DNA of 64,000 nucleotides from Veleropilina oligotropha (Eukaryota): NCBI GenBank assembly GCA_048128005.1, contig JBEUKZ010000019.1, positions 62,001 to 126,000 of the forward strand, read 5' to 3'. Shown piece by piece: positions 34,925 to 44,462 of this stretch (position 1 is its first letter; each line of letters starts with the position of its first letter). The notes under the pieces were generated by a model. It saw only the letters and a program-made list of their open reading frames with translations, ran no database searches and was not told where the DNA came from. The position numbers and the translations under genes were made by a program.

Positions 34925-35912
34925 GAACCGGCGGCAGCTGGGTATCACGAGGCACCACGAGAAGTTCCTCACGAACGAAGCCACGCGGTGGTCCATCCAG
35001 CAAGTAGTAGAGCACAGGCTCGTCAGGCTTAGTGACGGAGCGTCCAAGCCTGTAAACTTTTAGAGACCACACCGGGTCAGTAGCACGGCGATGACCCCCC
35101 TCCAGCTCACCATCGTAGTAAAGGTAGCGAACATCTACGTCAGAGGGGAGTTTCTGTTCCTTCCCCTGTCGGCCTGGAACAGTGGCGCCTGGCTTTTGGG
35201 CAACGCGAGGTGCCTTGATGGCGTCCTTGGGCTTTTTACCGGTCAGCCTGGTCACTTCCCCATTCAAGGCCGCAACTACAGCTGCTAACCGGGCGACCCA
35301 CTCAGTTGACCTTTGACCCTCTTTCGCAGACTCTGCAAACCGCATCTCTGTTGCATACTGGTGCCCGAAGAGCCGCTCAGCGAGCGTCCGGTTGAAGCGC
35401 TCCACAATGCCCTGATCGCGATGGATATCCACACGGCCACGCCTAACCTCGACGTTATTCTTTGCCAGCAGCTGGGAAACCGCGCCCATAAACTCTCGCC
35501 CTGGATCGACTTGAAGCAGTTTCGGCCAGCCAAGAGGACTCCGCCTGTAGATTCGGGCTAGTGCTTCAGCAACCCCTTTGGCCTCTTTTGTGACCAGAGG
35601 CTCAGCCTCTTTAAAGCGACTGGCCACATCAACCACAGTCAAAGCGTACTTATAGGTCTTGTGTCTGACCTTGTCATGGGGGAGAAACAGGAGGTCGGCT
35701 TGGTGAACCTCGTTTGGCGTTACGACGTCGAATTTTGGTCTTGGAATCCGCCGTGGCGCAGGTAAATAGATCTGCCATATAGCCTGCCTCTTAAGCCATG
35801 TCCGGGCCTCCACTTCAGACGCCTTGGCAGCGTCAGCTAGTTTCTTTATCGCGGCAATGCCTTTCCAGTAGCCCTTAGGGCTGTAGTACATCCTCGCAAG
35901 CTTACTATCCAT
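34914..35912 (-). CDS. Maverick/Polinton-type DDE integrase
   Basis: HQADL / VDPGREF / IVERFNRTL intact. Confidence 0.93.
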   Translation of the reverse strand: MDSKLARMYYSPKGYWKGIAAIKKLADAAKASEVEARTWLKRQAIWQIYLPAPRRIPRPKFDVVTPNEVHQADLLFLPHDKVRHKTYKYALTVVDVASRFKEAEPLVTKEAKGVAEALARIYRRSPLGWPKLLQVDPGREFMGAVSQLLAKNNVEVRRGRVDIHRDQGIVERFNRTLAERLFGHQYATEMRFAESAKEGQRSTEWVARLAAVVAALNGEVTRLTGKKPKDAIKAPRVAQKPGATVPGRQGKEQKLPSDVDVRYLYYDGELEGGHRRATDPVWSLKVYRLGRSVTKPDEPVLYYLLDGPPRGFVREELLVVPRDTQLPPVLRR

Positions 35913-36126
35913 CAGCAATGTATTCCAGTAAACTGATCAGTCTCCAACAGGCTTCAGCTTCCGGAGCCGGTCGCTGCGCAGTGGTCGCCCGTAGGTTGGT
36001 CGGGCCCGAGAGCACCAGGACCGCGAACCGCACCATAGTCTTTTCGTCGCGGCGCCAGCAGTCGAGTAACGTAGTACTATAGCCGACCGCAAGCATAGCG
36101 CAGTACAGCTCTTCTGGGAGCCCCAT
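35905..36126 (-). CDS. Small hypothetical protein upstream of integrase
   Basis: Homolog of E1 14071-14301. Confidence 0.5.
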   Translation of the reverse strand: MGLPEELYCAMLAVGYSTTLLDCWRRDEKTMVRFAVLVLSGPTNLRATTAQRPAPEAEACWRLISLLEYIADG

Positions 36127-36166
36127 TACTATACATGCCAACGAAAAAAATGTCCACTGGAAATAA

Positions 36167-36595
36167 TTAGGCGAGCTTGTAGGCGACCAACCCGGTCGCA
36201 GCCATCCCCAGGATGATGAAGGTGATCTCACGTCCCTTCTGGCCATCGCTCGGTGTGTAGTAGTCAGACAGGGCGGGCTCAGGGCCACCCCCCAGGCCGG
36301 GGTCAAGGTTCTTGCCGGTGATCAATGCATACTCACGGATCGCGGTGTCAACATCCCGGAATGTGCCAACGGCATGACCCTGGCGGCGAAGTTCAACGTT
36401 CAGCCAGTCGAGACGCTCTGCCCTCTTTTGGGACCATTTAGTCTGAGCAGCGTTGAGCTGTTCTACAGCAATGTCGTGGCGTTTACGCTCCGCATCGACA
36501 CCGGAGCTGCGTAGCTTCGAGAAGAGGAAGTTGGAGCCGCTGAAGGCGAGGGCGTTGACGAGAGCGCCCCCAACCAGCATCGCAATGGAAGCCAT
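36167..36595 (-). CDS. 142-aa protein with hydrophobic termini
   Basis: Conserved in three copies. Confidence 0.8.
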   Translation of the reverse strand: MASIAMLVGGALVNALAFSGSNFLFSKLRSSGVDAERKRHDIAVEQLNAAQTKWSQKRAERLDWLNVELRRQGHAVGTFRDVDTAIREYALITGKNLDPGLGGGPEPALSDYYTPSDGQKGREITFIILGMAATGLVAYKLA

Positions 36596-36626
36596 TGAAA
36601 TGCTGCGATTATCTAGCAAGGTCCCA

Positions 36627-36866
36627 CTACTTCAATATATCGGCCGGAATGATGCCTTGCTTGATCAGCATGTCTTTCGTCGCCATGGCGAGCGCTACGT
36701 CGAGGACGACCATCCCGACATCGTAGCCCGTGAAGTCCAGTTTGGGGCTCGCTCCCTTGAATACCATCTTTGTCAGGCGTGCGTAGCCTATGGCGAGGCC
36801 TGACACAATAGCGGCGTGGTATACAGCGTTGCCGAGCATCTTTCCATCAGTGATTGGGGTAGTCAT
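36627..36866 (-). CDS. Small hydrophobic protein (79 aa)
   Basis: Conserved in three copies. Confidence 0.8.
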   Translation of the reverse strand: MTTPITDGKMLGNAVYHAAIVSGLAIGYARLTKMVFKGASPKLDFTGYDVGMVVLDVALAMATKDMLIKQGIIPADILK

Positions 36867-36891
36867 AACTGTTGATTAGTACCGTTTGCGA

Positions 36892-37419
36892 CTATTGCAT
36901 ATGAAAAGGGTTCTGCTTCTTCAATTCGATAGTGGGGGCGGCCCGAGAGCACCGAGCGTCCGCGTCTGGTGGCTGTTGATGTGGTGTGGATGGACCAGGG
37001 TTGCTGCGTTCTGAGGACGTCTTCCAGACAACAAATACCAACGCAACCGTACCGGCAGCGACGGCTACCTGGGTCCAATTAAATTGGTCCGATTTCTGTG
37101 TATCTGGCGCACGCGGTCTTTCTGCGGCTGGAACCGCCTCCCCGGGCTGTTCTGATGGAACGACAACACTTGTTGGGGCACTCAGGTCTTCTTTCATTTT
37201 TCGAACCGCGGCCAGTAGCTTCTCCTGCTTGGCTTTTCGAGCAGCAGCGCCGGCCCTCCCTGCAGCCACTTTTTTCGGGTCCTTTTTACTCACTGATGAG
37301 TCCGTCGAAGAAGTCACCCTCTCTATCGGCTGGCTCTCGATCGGCTGTCTCTCGATCACTTGGTCCACTTCCGGCGTTGTCATCTTGATCTGGTATCTTA
37401 GGCGGGCAAACATGTCCAA
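36892..37419 (-). CDS. Basic KDPKKVAAGRAGA protein with TM segment
   Basis: Conserved in three copies. Confidence 0.7.
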   Translation of the reverse strand: MDMFARLRYQIKMTTPEVDQVIERQPIESQPIERVTSSTDSSVSKKDPKKVAAGRAGAAARKAKQEKLLAAVRKMKEDLSAPTSVVVPSEQPGEAVPAAERPRAPDTQKSDQFNWTQVAVAAGTVALVFVVWKTSSERSNPGPSTPHQQPPDADARCSRAAPTIELKKQNPFHMQ

Positions 37420-38041
37420 ATTGGCAGTGCTTAGCCGTGGTCAACGCTGCGGTCAGCGGTGCGAGGTACATGCCATATTTATAATACAGCTCACAGCTTG
37501 CAGTGGTCAGGGCATGTGAGATGAATGGGTCGGCCTCCAGGTCGGCGATCAGTCGTAGCTGGTTTGCTGGTGGAATGGGCAGGAACATCCCAGCTGCCCC
37601 CGCATAGAGATGAATAGCTGAAGTCCCCAGAGTCTTCGTCACATCGGCACCGAGTTTCGCTTCATACCTCGCGTGGTGCTTTTCGACCTCGTCGTCAGTC
37701 ATGTCGTCTATCCGGTCCACTGTGAGGTTACGCCCCATGTATCGGTGGGCCTGTCCTCCAACGGCTAAGGCTGCAAGCCTCTCACGCTTTGCCGCGCAAA
37801 CGGAACTTGCGACTCCACTGTTACTGACAGGTTCCTTGCCATCGGGAGTCAAGCGACAGCTGTTGATGGTCGTTTCTTGTTCGTCATCCATGAGTTGATC
37901 GATGAGGCTGTCCATCCTGAAGCGTTTCCAACATCGCCTCGCCAGTCTAATATAGCGATAATGCCAATACCACAACGTTACGAGTAGCAACAAGATCAGG
38001 CTCTGGCTGAAAGCAAAAGCTAGATATACAGCGTCCGACAT
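37286..38041 (-). CDS. Hypothetical protein with N-terminal TM (251 aa)
   Basis: Conserved in three copies. Confidence 0.7.
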   Translation of the reverse strand: MSDAVYLAFAFSQSLILLLLVTLWYWHYRYIRLARRCWKRFRMDSLIDQLMDDEQETTINSCRLTPDGKEPVSNSGVASSVCAAKRERLAALAVGGQAHRYMGRNLTVDRIDDMTDDEVEKHHARYEAKLGADVTKTLGTSAIHLYAGAAGMFLPIPPANQLRLIADLEADPFISHALTTASCELYYKYGMYLAPLTAALTTAKHCQFGHVCPPKIPDQDDNAGSGPSDRETADREPADREGDFFDGLISE

Positions 38042-38102
38042 GCTGGGTAGATGCTCAGTAGACTACAGCTTGCTGGGTAGATGCTCAGTAGACTACAGCT
38101 TG

Positions 38103-38735
38103 CTAAAGCACAATATAAGCAACGGGCTGATCAGTTTTCAACAGAAGCTTAGCGTGTCGTGTCTCGGCCAACAGCCGGCGAACCGCGGTCCGTTCATCCT
38201 GCGACGGGATTACATCGTTCTCGCGCAGACAGTCCTCGAAACTGTCGCGGTCCTTGCAATGGAACAGCGCGACCCAGCGGGTCTGCTCTCTGAGCTCCTT
38301 CAAGACCGAGTTGTACTTTTGCGTCACTACCCATACGCTCTGGGAAGCATGCCTGCCGCTGAAGGCCAACAAAGTCAGCATGTCCCTCCTCTTTGCCATA
38401 GCCTTGCTCGCGGCGCAGTCATCGATGATATATAAAGTTGATTCCCCCTGAAACAGTCGGTAGAACCCCCGCAGCCAGTCATGGAGTCGCTCACCCGGGG
38501 GGACTAAATACACCTCAGGGTCGGTCCAGATCCACGGACAAGACTGGTATGCTTTGTTGTACTTGATCGTGGGGCAGAGGACCACGATATGCCGGAAGAC
38601 GCCTCGATACTCCCCTTCCAGCAGTTCAAGCATGAAAACCGTCTTCCCACAGCCCGTCTGGCCGCATATGATTGCGGAGTGGGGGTCCTTGGTGTGCGGA
38701 AATCGTTTAGTACAGTGCTTCGACGAATCGGCCAT
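38103..38735 (-). CDS. A32/FtsK-like packaging ATPase
   Basis: GQTGCGKT, YIIDD, SGRH, VVTQ. Confidence 0.9.
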   Translation of the reverse strand: MADSSKHCTKRFPHTKDPHSAIICGQTGCGKTVFMLELLEGEYRGVFRHIVVLCPTIKYNKAYQSCPWIWTDPEVYLVPPGERLHDWLRGFYRLFQGESTLYIIDDCAASKAMAKRRDMLTLLAFSGRHASQSVWVVTQKYNSVLKELREQTRWVALFHCKDRDSFEDCLRENDVIPSQDERTAVRRLLAETRHAKLLLKTDQPVAYIVL

Positions 38736-40008
38736 TCTCGATATTCAGCTGTGCGTCCATGATCACGAACTCGTAGACGTTCAGTGGACCGGCCGCTTCG
38801 GCTGTTTTAGTGATCTGAATAGTAATGCCTTCGCTGGCGTTCTCGACCCTCCGGCCTGACCCGTGCAACTGATCATCGTCAGTTACCCGCATATCGATCC
38901 AGAGCGCAAATTTCTTAGTCAGAAATTCGCCCAGGGTGACGTCTGCCATCTCCAAGTCCTTTGCGACCATCGCGACCTCAGGATGCCGCTTGCTGCTGCC
39001 GGAGGCGAACATTTTCTTGGCTTCTTCCCAGATCTGGTATGTTCGCATGCCCTGGCTGTAGATTTGATTCGGGACACCCTCGATTGTGACCTCGACCTTT
39101 GTGATCTTCGGATTATAGAAGGCCTCAGTATCGCGAGAGAATGGCGCGGCGTCTCTCGCAGGGTCCTCGAACAACAGTAGTATTCCTTTCATCGACCTCG
39201 CCGGTACGTTCACATTCATATTCCACAACGAGTCGCTCTTGTCTAGGGTGAGCTTCCGATGCCGGAGAACACGGTCGTACAGGATTACGAGTTGACCCTG
39301 GTATTGATTTCGAATCCGTCTGGCAAGCTCGGATTGGGTTACGATGTCATATTCGAGGGATATATTGTCGATGGAATAGCTGGAACCGGAGTCGTCCGTC
39401 TCCCGGATAGTCCGGGAGTAGTCGTTGAACGTTAGCTCATACTCGAGACGGTCTCCAAGGGCGCTTTGATAGAATGGCATGTGACTTTCCAACAGCTCGA
39501 AATCCAGCGGGATGCGGAATCGGTTACCGTACGCGGCCGCGACCGCGACATCCTCAGACAGTCTAAAGGCGTCTGCCGCACCAACACGATGCTTCGTAGT
39601 GTTGTGTCCATCGCTGGTATCAATCCCCTGGTACTGGGCGTTCTTGCGCTCCCCGGTGGTCTTCCAGAGATCGCAGTAGCAGTGGTACACGTCGGAGTCG
39701 TCAATCGACATGATCTCGTTTCCACTTATCTTTATCGTGGTCTTTCTGATCACGGCACGGCCGATATTTTGCACTACAGTCCTATTCGCATTTACCGAGG
39801 TCAGAGAGATGGTAAATGCAAGATGGGCAGTCCCTGGAACGATCACGTCATTCGCCCCGAGATTAGGGAACCGAACCAGGAGCTGCTGGTTCGGGGCAAT
39901 CGTTGATGGATTGTTTGTAATCGTGACCGACTGGCGGATGCCCTTGACTGCGAGGGGCTCACGCAGCCTGCGGTATGGATTAAGCTTGCGTCCGTATACG
40001 CTAGTCAT
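38707..40008 (-). CDS. Putative major capsid protein (433 aa from first ATG)
   Basis: Size, beta-strand-rich pattern, position next to the packaging ATPase, strong protein conservation with E3; fold not verified. Confidence 0.7.
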   Translation of the reverse strand: MTSVYGRKLNPYRRLREPLAVKGIRQSVTITNNPSTIAPNQQLLVRFPNLGANDVIVPGTAHLAFTISLTSVNANRTVVQNIGRAVIRKTTIKISGNEIMSIDDSDVYHCYCDLWKTTGERKNAQYQGIDTSDGHNTTKHRVGAADAFRLSEDVAVAAAYGNRFRIPLDFELLESHMPFYQSALGDRLEYELTFNDYSRTIRETDDSGSSYSIDNISLEYDIVTQSELARRIRNQYQGQLVILYDRVLRHRKLTLDKSDSLWNMNVNVPARSMKGILLLFEDPARDAAPFSRDTEAFYNPKITKVEVTIEGVPNQIYSQGMRTYQIWEEAKKMFASGSSKRHPEVAMVAKDLEMADVTLGEFLTKKFALWIDMRVTDDDQLHGSGRRVENASEGITIQITKTAEAAGPLNVYEFVIMDAQLNIENGRFVEALY

Positions 40009-40044
40009 GGCTGAATTAGATGCGTATCCCACTGATGTATTCAA

Positions 40045-41356
40045 ATGGCGGAATTCGAGAACCCCGCATTCGAGCCGGACGATCTCATCGACAACGATGA
40101 TACCATCATCGACGATACTGATGTGGATCTATCCACCGACCGGTTTATGCCTGTTCTTTCGGAACGGCCACAGGAAGGAACCAGCAGTCTTCAGCAAGAG
40201 CTCGTTCAGGGCGTGGTTGACGACTACTACAAAGCCCTGGCACAGGAGGGGCAGACCCCAGCCACGGGGCGAGATTATTCAAAATTCAAGTATGTGAGGG
40301 GAAAATTAGGGAGGGGGGGGAAATTGGTGATGACGGACTACCCCGACATCAATCTCATAAATTCTCGCACCGGCAACCCCTTGGCGTTGTCAACAATAGC
40401 TGGCCGGCCTGGTGGGGGTGATGCAATCCGTGAAGGGTTGGGTTTTGTACACTGGACGCGGGGGGAAAAAAAGCTGGCCTCAAAAGCGGTTGCAGTTCTT
40501 CAGGCAGCCGACACTGAGTTGAGCGGTGCGGCCGCTAATGTCGAAAACATAGAACTGCGGGACTTGGGGCAGACTGCTACTGATGCCTCGGTAGCAATCC
40601 ACACGATGGAGACGAAATTCACTGATACCGAGGTTGAAGAGATCTTAGGCACAATGGGGGACCCTCCATTAAATCTTCGCGAGCTTCGCGGACTTGACAA
40701 GGCGATGCAGACCATCCGAGGCGAACTAACCAACAATCTAGCCAAACTAACGGCGCTGGACGAACACATAGAGCTGGAGAAGATGAAGCTCGATCAGGCA
40801 GATGAAGAGGGCGGTGTGGATGAGTTCATCCGTCGACGGATCGCGGAACGTCTGCGCGACCTGAATGATGAAAGAGCAGCTCGCCTAGAGGCAGCATCAT
40901 CAAGCCGGGAGGCCCTTCGCTCTCAAATCAGCCGGATCCGAGAGATGATGTCGGATCCTGAACACCGACACAACGCTGGCCGAGCGTATCCGGACCCTGT
41001 TCCGCGAGCAAGGGGTTACGATCGCAACAATACTGACCGCTATCGGGCTCGCCATCTCGACTTTGGTACTAGCCCTGACAGGTGGAGCAACAAGCCCGCC
41101 AACGCCACCACCACCTCCCAGTGGTCAGGGCGGGGTCAAGGAGTGGGTCAAAAAGCAGCTGCAGAACCTGGGAAGGATTCTAGGCAAACTAGCAGGGAAG
41201 GCCGCAGCCGCGCTCCCAGGAATACTTGGAAGCCTGGTCTCCTGGCTAATCAACCTGATTGGCAAGACAGCATCGTGGCTCGCTGAAAACCTATGGGCAC
41301 TGGTCATATCAGTTGGGGGCTTGCTTCTTATTGCCGCTAGACAGTGGGTCACGTAA
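40045..41356 (+). pseudogene. Coiled-coil/multi-TM protein, 2-bp deletion frameshift at about 40949
   Basis: GAGATGATGTCGG here versus GAGATGATAAGTCGG in E1; intact homolog in E3. Confidence 0.8.
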
Positions 41357-42641
41357 GCCAAATGAACGCTAGGCCAACGACAATGCCGCCCACGATAAGT
41401 GCGGTTTTATCCTCGTCATGTTTGGTTGCCCCAGCTGAAACAGCTGCCACTGGGGCCACAGCCGGAAGAGAGCCACGATGCTTCGGAGTAACTACCGGTA
41501 TGCTTGCATCTGCGTCTTGTGGAATAACCAGTCCTGTTTCTCCAGTATCCCCAGTGGCGTTGGGCGGCACAGGATTGGCCGCGTTCACCGTAGTATTAAG
41601 ACCGAGTGTCTGGTCTTCCGTGGCGACGACGATCTCATTGTTATAACCAGCCACCTGCCCGATCCGTAGAAGCATGTTACTTGGCGCCATGTACAGGCCA
41701 ACGCCGAATACGAAGTCCACTTTGGACCTCGCATACTGGAGCACCTCTTGGTACCGTTTGATGGCTGCTGGGAGGTCAACGGGGGATGCGATGGCGTCTT
41801 CCACGTTCGCCAGGAACTGTTTCTGTGCGTCAAACGCCGTCCCACTACCCAGAATACTTGCACGCGTTTGAGCCTGCGCTCCAAGAATAGCCCAGACGTA
41901 GGTCCTGATGGAATCATTGAGCCTTTCCACGCCGGCCCTCGTGAATCCCACCGACCTGTCCAGAATAAAAGTAGCCCAACCGTTTTTAAGTGCAGGCGCT
42001 TGCGCGATGTAGTCCACGTGCAGATTCGTGTTGGTCGTACCTTTGGTGAAGGACATTCGGCTTGGATCATAGTCACGTCCGATGGGGTGGTAGCCGTTGT
42101 TCGTCCAGTAGCTGTAAGCGGTGCCTAGTCCGCCGTTGGGACCCTTGACACGCCAGTCGGTATGGGGAGACACCCCAAATTCGCTGCAGATCTTCTCATA
42201 TGCCCTGCGGTCATACGGGTTGTCGAATGCATCCCACGTCCGGTCCTGTGGCAGCGGCGCCTGAATTTCGGATAAGATTCGTCTGACCTGATAGTAGACG
42301 TGGAAGGTGAATACAGCAGTGGAGAGGGGGTCGGTCGCATTTAAGTGGTCTTCTGAGGAGATTCCGGAACCTGTTGTGGCACACCAAACTGCGAAATTGA
42401 CCTTGTTCTGCCAGAACCTCATCGGCGTGCTGTTCCAATCCCTTATCAGCCCGTCACTAGCGACATGAGGGAGGCGGTATTTCTGAAAGACGTCAGGGTA
42501 TGTTGCCCCGAATGTAGTGGTTGAGCTATTACCCACATTGATGCTTGGTCTCGTAAGCTGCTCATCTTTGATCTTTGCTGGGTACACCACACCGGTCGGA
42601 TAGGCCGCACTCCTATTAAACGCAAAGGCGCTCTTAGCCAT
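41349..42641 (-). CDS. 430-aa protein with C-terminal membrane anchor
   Basis: Conserved in three copies. Confidence 0.8.
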   Translation of the reverse strand: MAKSAFAFNRSAAYPTGVVYPAKIKDEQLTRPSINVGNSSTTTFGATYPDVFQKYRLPHVASDGLIRDWNSTPMRFWQNKVNFAVWCATTGSGISSEDHLNATDPLSTAVFTFHVYYQVRRILSEIQAPLPQDRTWDAFDNPYDRRAYEKICSEFGVSPHTDWRVKGPNGGLGTAYSYWTNNGYHPIGRDYDPSRMSFTKGTTNTNLHVDYIAQAPALKNGWATFILDRSVGFTRAGVERLNDSIRTYVWAILGAQAQTRASILGSGTAFDAQKQFLANVEDAIASPVDLPAAIKRYQEVLQYARSKVDFVFGVGLYMAPSNMLLRIGQVAGYNNEIVVATEDQTLGLNTTVNAANPVPPNATGDTGETGLVIPQDADASIPVVTPKHRGSLPAVAPVAAVSAGATKHDEDKTALIVGGIVVGLAFIWLT

Positions 42642-42648
42642 AGCTACT

Positions 42649-43389
42649 ATGTTTCACACATTAACAAACGTTCAAGAGGGGACCGCGGTTGCCCTCCTGG
42701 AGCCGATTGATAACCGGGACGGCAAGCTATGTGTCAGCTTGCAGTCGCTCGACTATTGGGTAGGCTGGCACAACGTGCATGCCGGAGCCTTCTTTAAGAC
42801 ACCGGATACCACGGTCGACGTGGCACCAGGTTTCTACAGCTTCGATGACCTCGCCAAGACGATGAAGAGGTCGCTAGTTAACCTACAACTAGATGTAAGC
42901 CATGCTACAGGGCTCGCCCGAATCGTGGTCCCAGAGGGGACTCGACTCGCGATAAGCGACGATATACGAAAACTCCTCGGCTTAGACCTCTCTTCGTTTA
43001 TTCTCGATAAAGCAGGGAATCTGAACCAACCGGTTCGGGGAGTACAGGGCCAACCACCTCCCCCTCCGGAGAGATCCGAGTGGCTACGCCCTGGGACTTA
43101 TGACGGGAATAAGCCTGTCGGGTTTGCCATAGCGCCAACCCTGCACGTCCACCTGGAGCAGCTTAGTACAACGCACAATGTGAAGGACGGCGCCCCGAGC
43201 ACTATTCTCGCGGTGGTCCCTATCACGTCGCAGATGTTCGGTGAAGCTGGCCACTATCATAGCTATCCCGCCGGCCGGCGACTACAGGCCGGGCTAATCA
43301 CAGAGTTGAAGGTGTACGTCACAGACGCAGACAGTAACCCGATCGACAATCACGGCATGCCCATTACCGCAGTCCTTGCGATACAATGA
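42649..43389 (+). CDS. Putative minor capsid (penton-like) protein
   Basis: As E1 6825-7565. Confidence 0.6.
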   Translation: MFHTLTNVQEGTAVALLEPIDNRDGKLCVSLQSLDYWVGWHNVHAGAFFKTPDTTVDVAPGFYSFDDLAKTMKRSLVNLQLDVSHATGLARIVVPEGTRLAISDDIRKLLGLDLSSFILDKAGNLNQPVRGVQGQPPPPPERSEWLRPGTYDGNKPVGFAIAPTLHVHLEQLSTTHNVKDGAPSTILAVVPITSQMFGEAGHYHSYPAGRRLQAGLITELKVYVTDADSNPIDNHGMPITAVLAIQ

Positions 43390-43748
43390 GCAGCATCTAC
43401 GGGACCCTCCCCCTACCCCTGCTTGCAGACGAGCCCTCTTCCCCCCCGACCCGGTGGCACTTTGTCCTTAATTGTGGGGTAGCGCCCAATAAGGGGCTGG
43501 CGAGGAGGGAGTTCATGTTTCCAAACACTAGAGGTCGGTTCGGGTTGAACCCAGCCCTTCTAATGATCCACCTGACGCCGGTCCAGCCGGCCGGGGGCCC
43601 CAAGGCATGTTCCATAAGTAAACTCAGCCTGGATTCGAATAAGTTAACCCTCGCCTTTGTTGTCAAGGCCCCGTGGGTCGGCACTCTGTATTTGAACGTT
43701 ACAGTAGACATTTTAAACAAACAGGCGGAACAATACAGCCACGTATGA
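43386..43748 (+). CDS. Hypothetical protein (120 aa)
   Basis: Homolog of E1 6466-6828. Confidence 0.65.
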   Translation: MSSIYGTLPLPLLADEPSSPPTRWHFVLNCGVAPNKGLARREFMFPNTRGRFGLNPALLMIHLTPVQPAGGPKACSISKLSLDSNKLTLAFVVKAPWVGTLYLNVTVDILNKQAEQYSHV

Positions 43749-44380
43749 TGGACAACAAACCCTCAGCGCCAACGCTGTACCCACAGCTTGGTGGCGATGT
43801 GCCTTCGGAACTGCATGAGGCACAGTCTTTCCGACTACAGAAAGTGAATGAGCTTCAGGGACAGCTAGAGCGAGAACGGGACACACGGGCTGCATTATAT
43901 AAAAAGTACCGACGAGGTGTTAACGTCGTTGACGGGATAGATAACGGGCTAGTCGTCGCCACACTTGGTATGGGTAGCGCTGGAATTGGTCTACTGTCCA
44001 CAATTGTAGCCGCCCCGGTCGTCCTAGTGCTGGAACTAGCGGCATTAGGGTGTGGGCTCGCTAGTATGGGTGGAAAGTATATCAGCCGGCGCCTCGGGGT
44101 GAAGGCTAAGAAACACGACGAGATTCGAGTCCTGGCCGACAGCAAGCTGAATACCATAACCGACCACGTCTCAAAGGCATTATCGGACGGGGTGATGTCT
44201 GATGATGAATTCCAACTGGTCACAGGGGAGATGAAGAAATACCAAGCCATGAAGGCATCAATCCGGGATAAGAGTAGGAAGGCGCACACCGCGATTTCAC
44301 AGACCCAAAGCGAGCTTATTGAGCGTGGTCGTTTAGAGGGTCGTGCAGAGCTGCTGAAAAAAATCGGAGCTGGCGACTAA
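43748..44380 (+). CDS. Helical protein with hydrophobic hairpin (210 aa)
   Basis: Homolog of E1 5833-6465; start set by alignment (MDNKPS). Confidence 0.75.
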   Translation: MDNKPSAPTLYPQLGGDVPSELHEAQSFRLQKVNELQGQLERERDTRAALYKKYRRGVNVVDGIDNGLVVATLGMGSAGIGLLSTIVAAPVVLVLELAALGCGLASMGGKYISRRLGVKAKKHDEIRVLADSKLNTITDHVSKALSDGVMSDDEFQLVTGEMKKYQAMKASIRDKSRKAHTAISQTQSELIERGRLEGRAELLKKIGAGD

Positions 44381-44462
44381 CTATCCAGGTTGAGCGTAGC
44401 CACGACTACCCCGCTCCTCCCCCGTATTAAAGCTAGAAATCGACAGTGATATCTGGACAACC

